NCBI GenBank assembly: GCA_036252695.1
Contig: GCA_036252695.1_4122.1
DNA length: 64,000 nucleotides
Source of the DNA: a phage
Strand: one strand, 5' to 3'
Part shown: positions 1-8,751 of the stretch, piece by piece
Layout of the letters: each line of letters opens with the position of its first letter
How positions within the stretch are numbered: position 1 is the first letter of the stretch
Translations under genes and position numbers: made by a program
The notes under the pieces: generated by a model
Database searches by the model: none
What the model saw: the letters and a program-made list of their open reading frames with translations, nothing else
What the model was told of the DNA's origin: nothing

Positions 1-46
1 ACTGTATCATGTACTGTACCTAGCTTTCGTGTACTAAGAGAACAAT

Positions 47-232
47 ATGCATAAAGAATTCTACTTAAGCCATCTGGAACTAAACTCCCAAATGCTTATA
101 CCACTAAAACCAATAGATATCAAGGATAAGAAAAATACCAAACAATTCCACTACCACACACTATGTGCTATCAACCCAGATTATAATACATATAAACTGT
201 ACTACATTCTCGCCCTAATATATAGGTACTGA
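47..232 (+). CDS. small Tyr-rich protein, KE(F/Y)Y...LIYR tandem paralog 1
   Basis: ORF track; N-term MHKEFY, C-term LIYRY; no clear RBS. Confidence 0.3.
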   Translation: MHKEFYLSHLELNSQMLIPLKPIDIKDKKNTKQFHYHTLCAINPDYNTYKLYYILALIYRY

Positions 233-233
233 T

Positions 234-419
234 ATGCATAGAGAATACTATATACAATTTGTTAAAGGGAACTACAAACACGCCGTCCCCGTAAACCCCT
301 TAAATTCTAATGACCCAAGTACTATATTCTTGTTCCATGACGCAATACGTACAGTACTCAATACTAAAGATGAACAGGTGCAGTACGTATTCTTACTATT
401 ACTTATATACAGACACTAA
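234..419 (+). CDS. small Tyr-rich protein, tandem paralog 2
   Basis: MHREYY...LIYRH; paralog of neighbours. Confidence 0.3.
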   Translation: MHREYYIQFVKGNYKHAVPVNPLNSNDPSTIFLFHDAIRTVLNTKDEQVQYVFLLLLIYRH

Positions 420-424
420 CTAAT

Positions 425-634
425 ATGAATAAAGAACATAAAGAATTCTACTCCAAACACCTCAGCCCCTCAGAACAAATGTTTCTAAGGACTACAGCAC
501 CTTTAAGTACTGATACATATTTCGGCAGAGTATGCTACAATAATTGTATTCAAATGACTTTAAACGCAAACGCCAATAATAACAGTACTAATATGTACTC
601 CGGCATCATAGGTATACTATTTCTATATGAATAA
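425..634 (+). CDS. small Tyr-rich protein, tandem paralog 3
   Basis: MNKEHKEFY...; paralog. Confidence 0.3.
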   Translation: MNKEHKEFYSKHLSPSEQMFLRTTAPLSTDTYFGRVCYNNCIQMTLNANANNNSTNMYSGIIGILFLYE

Positions 635-809
635 AGAACATAAAGACTTCTACATAAGAAAACTAACATTCGTCCCCGTAAAAATATATAAAGAATGCGA
701 CCCAAGATTATACCTATGGCACTTCAATGAGTGCATAAAAGATTCTATATACCCTAAGAACTATAAAGAACAATTGTGCTCAGTACTAACACTAGTACTA
801 TCATATTAA
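627..809 (+). CDS. small Tyr-rich protein, tandem paralog 4
   Basis: MNKEHKDFY...LVLSY. Confidence 0.3.
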   Translation: MNKEHKDFYIRKLTFVPVKIYKECDPRLYLWHFNECIKDSIYPKNYKEQLCSVLTLVLSY

Positions 810-822
810 TAGAGATAATACT

Positions 823-1014
823 ATGCATAAAGACTATAAAGAGTACTATATAAGTAAACTAAAAGAAAACGAACAAGCATGGATTAACAATTTAATCCCC
901 CTGGCAATGACTCAATACGAATTTAATATGTGTACAAAGATTGTTTTAACTAGTAATGATATCTCTAATACGTACTACTTCCTATTAAGAGTACTATATG
1001 GTACTTTGAAATAA
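823..1014 (+). CDS. small Tyr-rich protein, tandem paralog 5
   Basis: MHKDYKEYYISKL...; shares EQAWI with paralog 6. Confidence 0.3.
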   Translation: MHKDYKEYYISKLKENEQAWINNLIPLAMTQYEFNMCTKIVLTSNDISNTYYFLLRVLYGTLK

Positions 1015-1025
1015 TAAGGTATACT

Positions 1026-1232
1026 ATGCAGAACATAAAAAACTATAAAGAGTACTATATAAGTAAACTACCACCGACTGACCAAGCATGGATTAGATCT
1101 ATAATAGTACTGGCATTTAATAGATATGCATTTAACAGATGCACAGAGATTGCTATAGACCCTTGTCCTATTAAAGAGAAGGCACAGTACAATCAGTACT
1201 ACTATATGTTAATGCTTATATATAGGAAGTAA
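1026..1232 (+). CDS. small Tyr-rich protein, tandem paralog 6
   Basis: KEYYISKLPPTDQAWI...LIYRK. Confidence 0.3.
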   Translation: MQNIKNYKEYYISKLPPTDQAWIRSIIVLAFNRYAFNRCTEIAIDPCPIKEKAQYNQYYYMLMLIYRK

Positions 1233-1299
1233 TTCAACATATAGACAGGGGAAGCTCCGTAGGGAAAGCATTGGACAGGCTTTAACATATGTTATATAT

Positions 1300-1346
1300 G
1301 TTAAAATTCAGCCTGCTCGACGTCTGAATTGTTAAAATTCAGCCTG
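1300..1346. repeat. direct repeat gttaaaattcagcctg x2
   Basis: Identical 16-mers at 1300-1315 and 1331-1346. Confidence 0.8.
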
Positions 1347-2359
1347 GACAAATGCGATCACTAGGATTCTCCCCAGGCTAAACCCCGTAATCATATGTAG
1401 TCATAAGTAATCATATATAAACATTTATATTAGCACCGTAGAATCACAGAATGATTATATATGATTCAGTACTGATTAGTATAGACAAGATTGCTCAAGA
1501 TTGCTCAAGAATGCTAGGGAAGGATTCAGTACTGCCCCAAAAGTATTCAGTACTGAAGGTGTCGATATCCCACTAAGTAGGCAGAGGAAGTCTGCCGTAC
1601 TTTGTAGTTTCCAAGCTCCTTTTCCATTTTGCAAATTACATCAAATGTAATCAAAAGTAATCACGCAATGATTAGTACTGAATTATTACTTTCACCTTAA
1701 TTACAATTACCCTTTTACCAGTCGGGGTAAAATTCAATTACCCCTTGAGGCTCCAGCAAAAAGTTGGTTAGTACTCCATCCTAAATCTCGATCCTAAAAA
1801 TTTTGGAGTACCTATGAAATAAAAGTTGGATCTTCGAAAGTTGAAATTTACGTTGGGACGTTTATGATTTGTGGGATATAATGATGTTTGTAGTCGGGTA
1901 GTTCTCAAGAATATCAGTACTGAAAGATGAAAGAAAGTTATTGACTTTATGATTCAGTACTGTATAATGTTCTACATAGCTTCAAGGGGTGATGAGTTGC
2001 TGCGAACAATTCATTTACTCTACCTACTGTCGTGAGACAGTACAGAAAAGATAGTTCCTCCTATTGGTGGTACATCTTTTTGAACCTCATATGAAAATCG
2101 TAATAACAGTACTGATATTAACAGAATGGTATCAGTACTGATTTTAATCTAAAGCATTATGCCACCAGCACAAGCTGGTGGATTCCCTCTAACAGTATTC
2201 AGTACTACATGATAGTCTTCATCCTCCTAGGGTAACATAGTGAGGGCTATGATGGCAGTACTGAATACTCCCTTTCAAAAGATAGATCTATGGTATAGTA
2301 CTGACGGATTTTGGGTGTAGTTACCCTGGGTGGATTTTGGACGTAGATATGTCTAGCCC

Positions 2360-2490
2360 TCCAGAAGTCTGGAAGTAAAGATGGCTATCCATCTAGACGG
2401 CTAAACGGCTAGATTTCTGGATGGCTAGACGTTTGGACGGCTAAACGGCTAGATGGTTACACGTCTGGAAGTATAGACGGCTAAATCAAA
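2360..2490. repeat. iteron-like interleaved direct repeats
   Basis: gacggctaaacggctagat at 2396-2414 and 2436-2454; agacggctaaatc 2475-2487; gtctggaagta 2367 and 2463. Confidence 0.7.
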
Positions 2491-3188
2491 ATTTTATTTT
2501 GTTTTTTCCAATAGTTCCCCTACCGCGTGGGGATAGTTTCCCCGCAGTATCTGGAGTTAGATTTTTCTGAATCTGGAATCATTATCTTATAAACTGGGGG
2601 CAATGTCAACGGCCTGGACGGATATTTTTAAAAATTTTTTTCAGTACTGAATTTTGGGCGTAACTATGCACCCGGTGGGCTTGAGTCTTTCTCGACTTGA
2701 TGGAACTATTATACAGTACTGAAAAAAATAAAGCAATACCCTGGAAGCAAAAAAGTTTTAATTAATTTGCTTGCTATCCTGGGCCGGACTATGGTACTAT
2801 ATTTCAGTACTGAGAAAGTGCGTTTACCTGCTAGGGTGCGGGAGTGTATCCTTTTTTTATATCTTGAATTTTGGGCGTAATTCCGCACCCTCTGGGGTTT
2901 CCGCTTTCTCGCGTCTATGTAGTAATTATACGCTTTTTCAGGATCAAGTCAATACCTAAAAACAAAATAATTGAAAATAATTTAACGCGTTTAAACGGCC
3001 CGTAAAGCCCTGGAATGATTGGAATGGTGCAAATGTATAGCTTAGGTGTATTAATGCGTTAGAATGCGTCTGAGGCCGTTTTATGGGGTGTAGTAGTGAT
3101 TTGGTTGATTCAGTACTGAATGATAGTACTGAATAATAGTTCCCCTATATAGAAAGAAAACTATTTTAAAAGTACATGTAGAAAGTAC

Positions 3189-3247
3189 TTGCAAACTATG
3201 TTTAAAGGCGTATAATGTTTTACATCGAGAGCGGGAACACTTCCCGC
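3189..3247 (+). promoter_or_regulatory. sigma70 promoter + 5' stem-loop cassette
   Basis: -35 TTGCAA 3189-3194, -10 TATAAT 3211-3216, hairpin gcgggaacacttcccgc 3231-3247. Confidence 0.75.
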
Positions 3248-3271
3248 TACACTTTAAAAGAGATTAATACG

Positions 3272-3634
3272 ATGGCGACCCAAATCAATAAAATTATTGC
3301 TAACCTGGTCAACTTCCGTGAAGAGATGAAAGGTCTTCCGGCTGAAACGGTAAAAATTCACATTTCAGCTTATCGGGAACTTATTACAATGTTGCCGCTT
3401 AAGCGTGAACAATACGCCGCTACCGTGATGCTTGATGCGATGATCCATAAGATGATCGCCAGTGATTTAACGATGGTTTATCAGTATATGGGCGAAAATT
3501 TCGCGGTGTATAGTAAACCAGTACCAGGAATGGAAAGTACAGAAGTATTACACGGTTTAAATTTAAAACAAGATGCATGGGATAATATGCCTCGTTTCCT
3601 GGTATGGGCTGACAGTGGCAAAATTTACGAATAA
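3272..3634 (+). CDS. hypothetical early protein
   Basis: ATG at 3272 downstream of promoter/hairpin; ORF track frame of 3215..3634. Confidence 0.65.
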   Translation: MATQINKIIANLVNFREEMKGLPAETVKIHISAYRELITMLPLKREQYAATVMLDAMIHKMIASDLTMVYQYMGENFAVYSKPVPGMESTEVLHGLNLKQDAWDNMPRFLVWADSGKIYE

Positions 3635-3648
3635 GTTTAATAAAGTAC

Positions 3649-3707
3649 TTGCAAACTAAGTTTAAAAGCGTATAATGTTTTACATCAGGTGGGGAATAGT
3701 TCCCCAC
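3649..3707 (+). promoter_or_regulatory. sigma70 promoter + 5' stem-loop cassette
   Basis: -35 TTGCAA 3649-3654, -10 TATAAT 3671-3676, hairpin gtggggaatagttccccac 3689-3707. Confidence 0.75.
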
Positions 3708-3727
3708 TATATAAGAGGATTAAAAAA

Positions 3728-3967
3728 ATGGCTAAATCAAAAATGTTCTTAGGTCACAAAAACAAAACTCATTGGAATGTAAGCCTTTGGATTAATAACG
3801 ATGAGGCATTGTATCGGCTGGCCCAGGACTTTATTGCCGCCAATACTAATCGTAATGATGCGGCCCGTCATATGATGCTATTTTTAGAACAGACTGGGCA
3901 AGATAAAACTCCAGACGGCTTTAAGTATAGCACTACTGCGATCCGTGCGGCGATGGTTGGAATGTAA
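3728..3967 (+). CDS. hypothetical early protein (paralog of 5770..6009)
   Basis: RBS aagagga; shares GHKNKTHWNVSLWINN and TPDGFKYSTTAIRAAMVGM with 5770 gene. Confidence 0.7.
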   Translation: MAKSKMFLGHKNKTHWNVSLWINNDEALYRLAQDFIAANTNRNDAARHMMLFLEQTGQDKTPDGFKYSTTAIRAAMVGM

Positions 3968-4055
3968 TAGAATAGAATTTATTTAAAGTACTATTGCACG
4001 GTGATAGTACTTTATAATAGTGTTTTATTCATACACCAACGATAAGGGCAACAGC

Positions 4056-4322
4056 ATGAATATTAAGTATTTTGCGACGCGTGAACAAGCTCGGATCGCC
4101 GCACGCCAGGACGGGGCAACGTTTAAAGATATGGGCGTACAATCGGAACGTGGTAAACGTTGGGCCATTGTAAAGCGTAGTACCGCCAGATCATTACAGT
4201 ACTGGTTAGCGGCCTTAAAAAGTCCCGATAGTGTATCGCGACGAGTGGTAGAAATAAAGCTCGACCGAAAGGGCAACCGCGTGACCGTGTACCGTACTAA
4301 AAAGATTGCAGTACTTGAATAA
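4056..4322 (+). CDS. hypothetical early protein (paralog of 17098..17493)
   Basis: FATREQARI...RKGNRVTVY shared with 17098 gene; upstream promoter has a 13-nt spacer (weak). Confidence 0.6.
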   Translation: MNIKYFATREQARIAARQDGATFKDMGVQSERGKRWAIVKRSTARSLQYWLAALKSPDSVSRRVVEIKLDRKGNRVTVYRTKKIAVLE

Positions 4323-4329
4323 AAAGTAC

Positions 4330-4388
4330 TTGCAAACTATGTTTAATGGCGTATAATGTTTTACATCGAGAGCGGGAACACTTCCCGC
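4330..4388 (+). promoter_or_regulatory. sigma70 promoter + 5' stem-loop cassette
   Basis: -35 TTGCAA 4330-4335, -10 TATAAT 4352-4357, hairpin gcgggaacacttcccgc. Confidence 0.75.
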
Positions 4389-4409
4389 CTATAACCTGGA
4401 GTAATAAAA

Positions 4410-4640
4410 ATGACTAATATGTATATGACTGAAGTTAAAACTGTAAAAGATACTACCACGAATAAAACTACTTACTTACAGCGGATCTGCGGTGTATGGC
4501 AACGTATCAGCAAATCAAAGTACTATAAATTAACATCATATGCAAACCGTTCGGATTCATTCAGTACTGAAATAAAAGGTAATAAAGTACACCAATACGG
4601 CACTTATTATTATTATAGCCTGGACGCGATTGCAGTATAA
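4410..4640 (+). CDS. hypothetical early protein
   Basis: RBS ctggagt; ORF track. Confidence 0.6.
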   Translation: MTNMYMTEVKTVKDTTTNKTTYLQRICGVWQRISKSKYYKLTSYANRSDSFSTEIKGNKVHQYGTYYYYSLDAIAV

Positions 4641-4887
4641 GCAGTTTACAAATCTTTACAATTGCCGGTATTGACTTATTTTGTCAGTACTGGCATAATG
4701 TATTCATTGGCAGATAAGCCGTAGCCCATAGGGTGCGGGAGTGTATCTATAGAAAAAGTAGTTTAGTATAGTTACAATTGTGCACCCGGTGGGTTAGCTG
4801 TTGTCATGGGGTATATTATGCCAGTACTTGATAATGCTGTCAATACTTTTTTAATATTCAGTACTGAAAACTATTTTTAAAAAGTAC

Positions 4888-4915
4888 TTGCAAACTATGT
4901 TTAAAGGCGTATAAT
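4888..4915 (+). promoter_or_regulatory. sigma70 promoter (upstream of conserved 80-nt leader)
   Basis: -35 TTGCAA 4888-4893, -10 TATAAT 4910-4915. Confidence 0.65.
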
Positions 4916-4921
4916 GTTTTA

Positions 4922-5000
4922 CATCAGGACGGGGAACGAAATAAGTAACTTCCCGTTAAGTAGCCCAGGAGTAAGGCACACGAAAAACTCCCCTGATAAA
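4922..5000 (+). ncRNA. candidate small RNA / structured leader, copy 1
   Basis: ~80 nt between two tandem promoters; near-identical copy at 15897-15976; no ORF. Confidence 0.25.
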
Positions 5001-5005
5001 ATAGT

Positions 5006-5035
5006 TTGACAAATGTTTTTTTAAAAGCGTATAAT
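5006..5035 (+). promoter_or_regulatory. sigma70 promoter
   Basis: -35 TTGACA 5006-5011, -10 TATAAT 5030-5035. Confidence 0.65.
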
Positions 5036-5067
5036 ACTTACATCAACTACTGAATGAGGGTTACAAA

Positions 5068-5679
5068 ATGAAAACTATCACTACTACTACTTATGTTATG
5101 GATTTTTCTGAATTGAACGCAGAACAAAAAACGTCAGCTATCGAACTGGTTCGGGATCGTGAGCGTTCATGCGGTGATTATTTCTTTTCTGAGGGCGTAT
5201 ACGAATACTATAAAGAAACAATTTTGCCGGAGTATGGCATTGATGACGCTGATTTGCAATTCAGTGGTTTTTGGTCGCAAGGTGACGGTGCATCAATTAG
5301 TACTGACCACGTTGACGCAGTGAAGTTTTTACGTAAGGTAAGAGCATTAACTAAGTATCGCTCAATCCGGCACCTGCTGAATGAAGATGATTTGGCGATG
5401 AGTGTAAAGCGTTATCACTACCACTACTCGCATGAGAATACTGTAAGCGGGTACATTGAATCGGCTTACACTGATTTAACCGCAAAACAAGAAACGTTAG
5501 TTAATGAGCTTGAGGAACTACTCACTGACACTATTCGTGAATTGTCCCGCAAGTTGTACCGTGATTTAGAGAATGCATATGAGGATCAATTCACTACTGA
5601 AAACATTACGGCACTGATTGAGGGTAACGAATATCAATTCAATGTTATTGATGGCGTAGTAGAATCAATCGAATATTAA
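5068..5679 (+). CDS. hypothetical acidic protein (203 aa)
   Basis: RBS gaggg; ORF track. Confidence 0.7.
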   Translation: MKTITTTTYVMDFSELNAEQKTSAIELVRDRERSCGDYFFSEGVYEYYKETILPEYGIDDADLQFSGFWSQGDGASISTDHVDAVKFLRKVRALTKYRSIRHLLNEDDLAMSVKRYHYHYSHENTVSGYIESAYTDLTAKQETLVNELEELLTDTIRELSRKLYRDLENAYEDQFTTENITALIEGNEYQFNVIDGVVESIEY

Positions 5680-5691
5680 TTTAAAAAGTAC

Positions 5692-5751
5692 TTGCAAACT
5701 AAGTTTAAAAGCGTATAATACTTTATATCGAGGCGGGGAGTGGTTCCCCGC
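5692..5751 (+). promoter_or_regulatory. sigma70 promoter + 5' stem-loop cassette
   Basis: -35 TTGCAA 5692-5697, -10 TATAAT 5714-5719, hairpin gcggggagtggttccccgc 5733-5751. Confidence 0.75.
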
Positions 5752-5769
5752 TCAAACGAGGATTTAAAA

Positions 5770-6009
5770 ATGGCTAGTACTAAAACTTACAACGGACACA
5801 AAAACAAAACTCATTGGAATGTAAGCCTTTGGATTAATAACGGTGAGTCATTGTATCGGCTTGCTCAAAGTTGCATCGCACAAAGTAGAACTAAAGATAT
5901 TGCAGCGGAATGTATGTACCGCAGATTAAAAGCCAACGGTACTACTACAACGCCGGACGGCTTTAAGTATAGCACTACTGCGATCCGTGCTGCAATGGTT
6001 GGAATGTAA
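5770..6009 (+). CDS. hypothetical early protein (paralog of 3728..3967)
   Basis: RBS gagga; identical C-terminal 19 aa to 3728 gene. Confidence 0.7.
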   Translation: MASTKTYNGHKNKTHWNVSLWINNGESLYRLAQSCIAQSRTKDIAAECMYRRLKANGTTTTPDGFKYSTTAIRAAMVGM

Positions 6010-6067
6010 TATTCAGTACTGTAACAATGGCGGGGAATGGTTCCCGCCTTTATTGAGGGTTTATCTA

Positions 6068-6328
6068 ATGAGTAAAGTAATTAACTATACAGTACTAAGC
6101 AAGTCATTATCTATCAGTCATTGCACCGATGGTTATTGGCTATTTGATGAAACGCGTGGCATGAATTTAGCTATGCGTGCAAAAACTGCTGAGGCGGCGT
6201 ATATTCAAGCACTGGAATACTACCAGGAACGTTTAAAGGAAGTAGAAGAAGATTATAAAAGCCTCAAAGCGAAAGTAGATCATTTCGTCGGTCAATTCAT
6301 CGAGGAAGACGACGACAAACAATATTGA
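6068..6328 (+). CDS. hypothetical early protein
   Basis: RBS tgagggt before ATG 6068; hairpin ggcggggaatggttcccgcc 6029-6048 upstream. Confidence 0.55.
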   Translation: MSKVINYTVLSKSLSISHCTDGYWLFDETRGMNLAMRAKTAEAAYIQALEYYQERLKEVEEDYKSLKAKVDHFVGQFIEEDDDKQY

Positions 6329-6336
6329 AAAAGTAC

Positions 6337-6396
6337 TTGCAATTAGTTTCAAGTACTGTATAATGGTTTACATCAAAGGGGGAAATGGTTCTCCCT
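6337..6396 (+). promoter_or_regulatory. sigma70 promoter + 5' stem-loop cassette
   Basis: -35 TTGCAA 6337-6342, -10 TATAAT 6359-6364, hairpin agggggaaatggttctccct. Confidence 0.75.
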
Positions 6397-6414
6397 GGTA
6401 ATGAGGAAAATAAA

Positions 6415-6636
6415 ATGGCTAATATCACTACTCTTTCCCAACTGGAAGCACTGGTTAAATCTATGCGGGAACATGCCGACAAAATCGGCGTACAAGATCC
6501 AGCCGTTTGCTTCTGCGACGAATTGAATGATGATACACTGGTAATAGCAGAAGTCCAGGACGTTTCTAACTATTCCTCGCGTTACACTGGCGGCGTAGCA
6601 AATAAAGGTGACTTCTGTTTATACCTTACAAAATAA
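6415..6636 (+). CDS. hypothetical early protein
   Basis: RBS gagga; ORF track frame. Confidence 0.65.
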   Translation: MANITTLSQLEALVKSMREHADKIGVQDPAVCFCDELNDDTLVIAEVQDVSNYSSRYTGGVANKGDFCLYLTK

Positions 6637-6640
6637 CAAC

Positions 6641-6671
6641 GCGGGGAGATAATAACTCCCCGTTACTTTTT
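6641..6671 (+). terminator. intrinsic terminator
   Basis: cggggag...ctccccg stem followed by ttacttttt. Confidence 0.55.
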
Positions 6672-6804
6672 CAGTACTGAATCATTTAATAGACGGATCT
6701 ATGCACCCGGTGGGTTAGTGACTGTTTCGTCTTGATGTAGTAATTATGCCAGTACTGGATGCACTTGTCAACAATTATTTTTCAAATACTTTTTATTAAA
6801 ATAC

Positions 6805-6859
6805 TTGCAATTAGTTTTTAAACGCGTATAATGTTTTGCATAGGGGGAGCGGTTCCCCT
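6805..6859 (+). promoter_or_regulatory. sigma70 promoter + 5' stem-loop cassette
   Basis: -35 TTGCAA 6805-6810, -10 TATAAT 6827-6832, hairpin gggggagcggttcccc. Confidence 0.75.
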
Positions 6860-6879
6860 GGTAACTAAGGAATAATAAA

Positions 6880-7137
6880 ATGCTTGAACAAATCAAATCA
6901 ACGTCTGCGAATGTAACGGGAACGGTAGCACACTTTACTAGTGATGAATCGCGGGGCGTTCCCTATTGTGCTGTACATGTAAACACTGAGGGTAACTACT
7001 GGTTTACGGTTTACGGATCATATTCATTTGGACGGCCAGGGCATCAAAAAATTCTGGATAAAGTACAACCAACGGGTAAAAATATCACTGCCGAAATGTT
7101 TTATAAAAATCATAAAGTACTTGATAATAGTTTTTAG
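6880..7137 (+). CDS. hypothetical early protein
   Basis: RBS aaggaa; ORF track. Confidence 0.65.
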   Translation: MLEQIKSTSANVTGTVAHFTSDESRGVPYCAVHVNTEGNYWFTVYGSYSFGRPGHQKILDKVQPTGKNITAEMFYKNHKVLDNSF

Positions 7138-7180
7138 TACTGTATAATATTTTACATCGCAAGGGGGAGCGGTTCCCCCT
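7121..7180 (+). promoter_or_regulatory. sigma70 promoter + 5' stem-loop cassette
   Basis: -35 TTGATA 7121-7126, -10 TATAAT 7143-7148, hairpin agggggagcggttccccct. Confidence 0.7.
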
Positions 7181-7199
7181 GGTAACTAAGGATAATCAA

Positions 7200-7499
7200 A
7201 TGAAAATTGCAATCATCGCCCTGGCTTTATCTGTTTCCTCTTTCGCTGTTAATGCGTCATTAGATGTAAGTAGTGAAAAATTCATTCAGTGCACTGTTGC
7301 AATGACCGATGAAAGAACTGGCGAGATTGTATTAAAGGATTTAGAGATCCAGCCAGAAGCATTTAAAAACGGGCCGTTCCATGAAGAAGACGAAAAAGGT
7401 AGCACGACAATTTATTACGATGCAAGTACTAAACGCGGTTCGGTCACTGTTATGGATACTGAGAAAGTAACTCATACTGGCGTTATTAATTGCCGTTGA
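7200..7499 (+). CDS. putative secreted/periplasmic protein with N-terminal signal peptide
   Basis: N-term MKIAIIALALSVSSFAVNA is signal-peptide-like (hydrophobic core, AxA-type cleavage site). Confidence 0.65.
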   Translation: MKIAIIALALSVSSFAVNASLDVSSEKFIQCTVAMTDERTGEIVLKDLEIQPEAFKNGPFHEEDEKGSTTIYYDASTKRGSVTVMDTEKVTHTGVINCR

Positions 7500-7520
7500 T
7501 AGATACTACGGGGTAACATC

Positions 7521-7751
7521 ATGACTAAGCGAATTGTTTTACTTAACGAAAGCAGTACTACACAACTACTTAACGCCGTGCATTATGATATTGAAACGAG
7601 CGTTAATCTTATCAGTACTGTAGTACTATTGGACACTGGAAAGGTCGCCAATGATAAAGCGATTGCAGGTATATTAACGGATCTTGAGCCTGGTAGCAGT
7701 GCACCAATAACGTTAAATGGTAAAGTGTTTAATATTTTACTCACTGATTAA
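7521..7751 (+). CDS. hypothetical early protein
   Basis: RBS gggg; ORF track. Confidence 0.55.
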   Translation: MTKRIVLLNESSTTQLLNAVHYDIETSVNLISTVVLLDTGKVANDKAIAGILTDLEPGSSAPITLNGKVFNILLTD

Positions 7752-7757
7752 GTACAT

Positions 7758-7786
7758 AGCCCACCTGGTGGGCTTTTTTGTTTTTG
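7758..7786 (+). terminator. intrinsic terminator
   Basis: agcccacctggtgggc hairpin + ttttttgtttttg. Confidence 0.8.
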
Positions 7787-7833
7787 TAGTATCGTAGTAC
7801 TGAGATACTTTAAAAATAGTTTTAAAAAAGTAG

Positions 7834-7861
7834 TTGACATTACCACAAAAAGGCGTAGAAT
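7834..7861 (+). promoter_or_regulatory. sigma70 promoter with ~120-nt leader
   Basis: -35 TTGACA 7834-7839, -10 TAGAAT 7856-7861; leader resembles the 4922 leader family. Confidence 0.65.
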
Positions 7862-7984
7862 GTATTACATCAAGACGGGGAGCACTAAGTAGACCGCCAG
7901 TAAGTCGAACGAAAAACTGGACACGTCGAGAAAACTTTGATACACTAATAAACGTAAACTAAACTTTAATTGAGGATTTATAAA

Positions 7985-8467
7985 ATGGCTAATGTAAAAT
8001 CATTCATCAAAGCACTGGTAGCAAATGAAACTAACGTAGCGGCAGAGATCCTGGCTGAACTGGATAACGATACCATGAAAGCGGTACGCAATAATTTTAA
8101 CATCGCTTACAGTACTGCGAAAGAACTACAAGCAAATAAAGCGGCAGAAATTGAAGCGGCAAAGGCGGCCCGTGAAGCAGAACTACAAGCAACAATTGAA
8201 AGTATCCAGGCGGCAGTAGTTGGATTGGATCTGGAAGTAGTTACAGAGATGGCACAAAAAGCCCTGGCGGTTAAGTATGGGGAAGACAAGCCAGAAGTAA
8301 AAGCCAAAAAATGGATTCAGGAACGCGTAGCGGTAGTACTGGACAACGGGGAAGAATATCTGATTCCGGTGCGTGGTAACTGCATTGCGGTAGTACTGGA
8401 TGCGATTAACTCCAGTGGTATGACTCGCGAGGAATGGATCGAAGCTCATCGCAAAGTGGAAGCATAA
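7985..8467 (+). CDS. hypothetical Ala/Glu-rich protein (160 aa, coiled-coil-like)
   Basis: RBS gagga; KAAEIEAAKAAREAELQA segment. Confidence 0.7.
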   Translation: MANVKSFIKALVANETNVAAEILAELDNDTMKAVRNNFNIAYSTAKELQANKAAEIEAAKAAREAELQATIESIQAAVVGLDLEVVTEMAQKALAVKYGEDKPEVKAKKWIQERVAVVLDNGEEYLIPVRGNCIAVVLDAINSSGMTREEWIEAHRKVEA

Positions 8468-8488
8468 CAATTAAAGTACTGAATCACT

Positions 8489-8516
8489 AGCCCACTGCAT
8501 AAGTGGGCTTTTTTGT
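8489..8516 (+). terminator. intrinsic terminator
   Basis: gcccact...agtgggc hairpin + tttttt. Confidence 0.8.
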
Positions 8517-8668
8517 GTTTATCGTTTACCAGGCCACCAGCACCGCCTAGAATCGATTCTAACGCATTAAACTGATTATCTGATGCATCGCCCTAGCTGG
8601 TGGCGTTAAGGTCGTTAGAATGCGATTGAGAGCGTTTAAAGTATTTTGCAAAAAGTAATAAAAAGTAC

Positions 8669-8727
8669 TTGCACGATTAAGAGATTAGCGTATAATGTTT
8701 TACATCGAGAGGGGGAAACGGTTCTCC
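8669..8727 (+). promoter_or_regulatory. sigma70 promoter + 5' stem-loop cassette
   Basis: -35 TTGCAC 8669-8674, -10 TATAAT 8691-8696, GC hairpin. Confidence 0.7.
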
Positions 8728-8751
8728 TTCCAAATCAAAGGAATTAAAACA

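Larger units (their letters stand above)
47..1232 (+). repeat. tandem array of six degenerate ~195-bp units, each retaining an ORF
   Basis: Units begin atgcataaagaattctac / atgcatagagaatactat / atgaataaagaacataaagaattctac etc.; ORFs stay open despite heavy divergence. Confidence 0.6.
1250..3180. other. ~2-kb ORF-free, repeat-dense region (candidate replication/packaging/regulatory hub)
   Basis: No credible ORF; about 15 AGTACT copies between 1468 and 2812; several short direct repeats and hairpins. Confidence 0.5.

Noticed and set aside
2771-2959. 62-aa + strand ORF in the repeat-rich noncoding region
   Set aside because: No RBS; it spans hairpin/box repeats and has low-complexity composition, so it is most likely a chance ORF.
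1250-3180. tRNA or other canonical RNA genes in the long noncoding stretches
   Set aside because: I found no cloverleaf-compatible sequence with a GTTC-type T-loop by eye; a tRNAscan/Infernal run is still needed.
3994-4018. Promoter for the gene at 4056
   Set aside because: The -35 to -10 spacer is only 13 nt (a deleted version of the 17021 promoter), so it is probably non-functional and the gene is read through from upstream.
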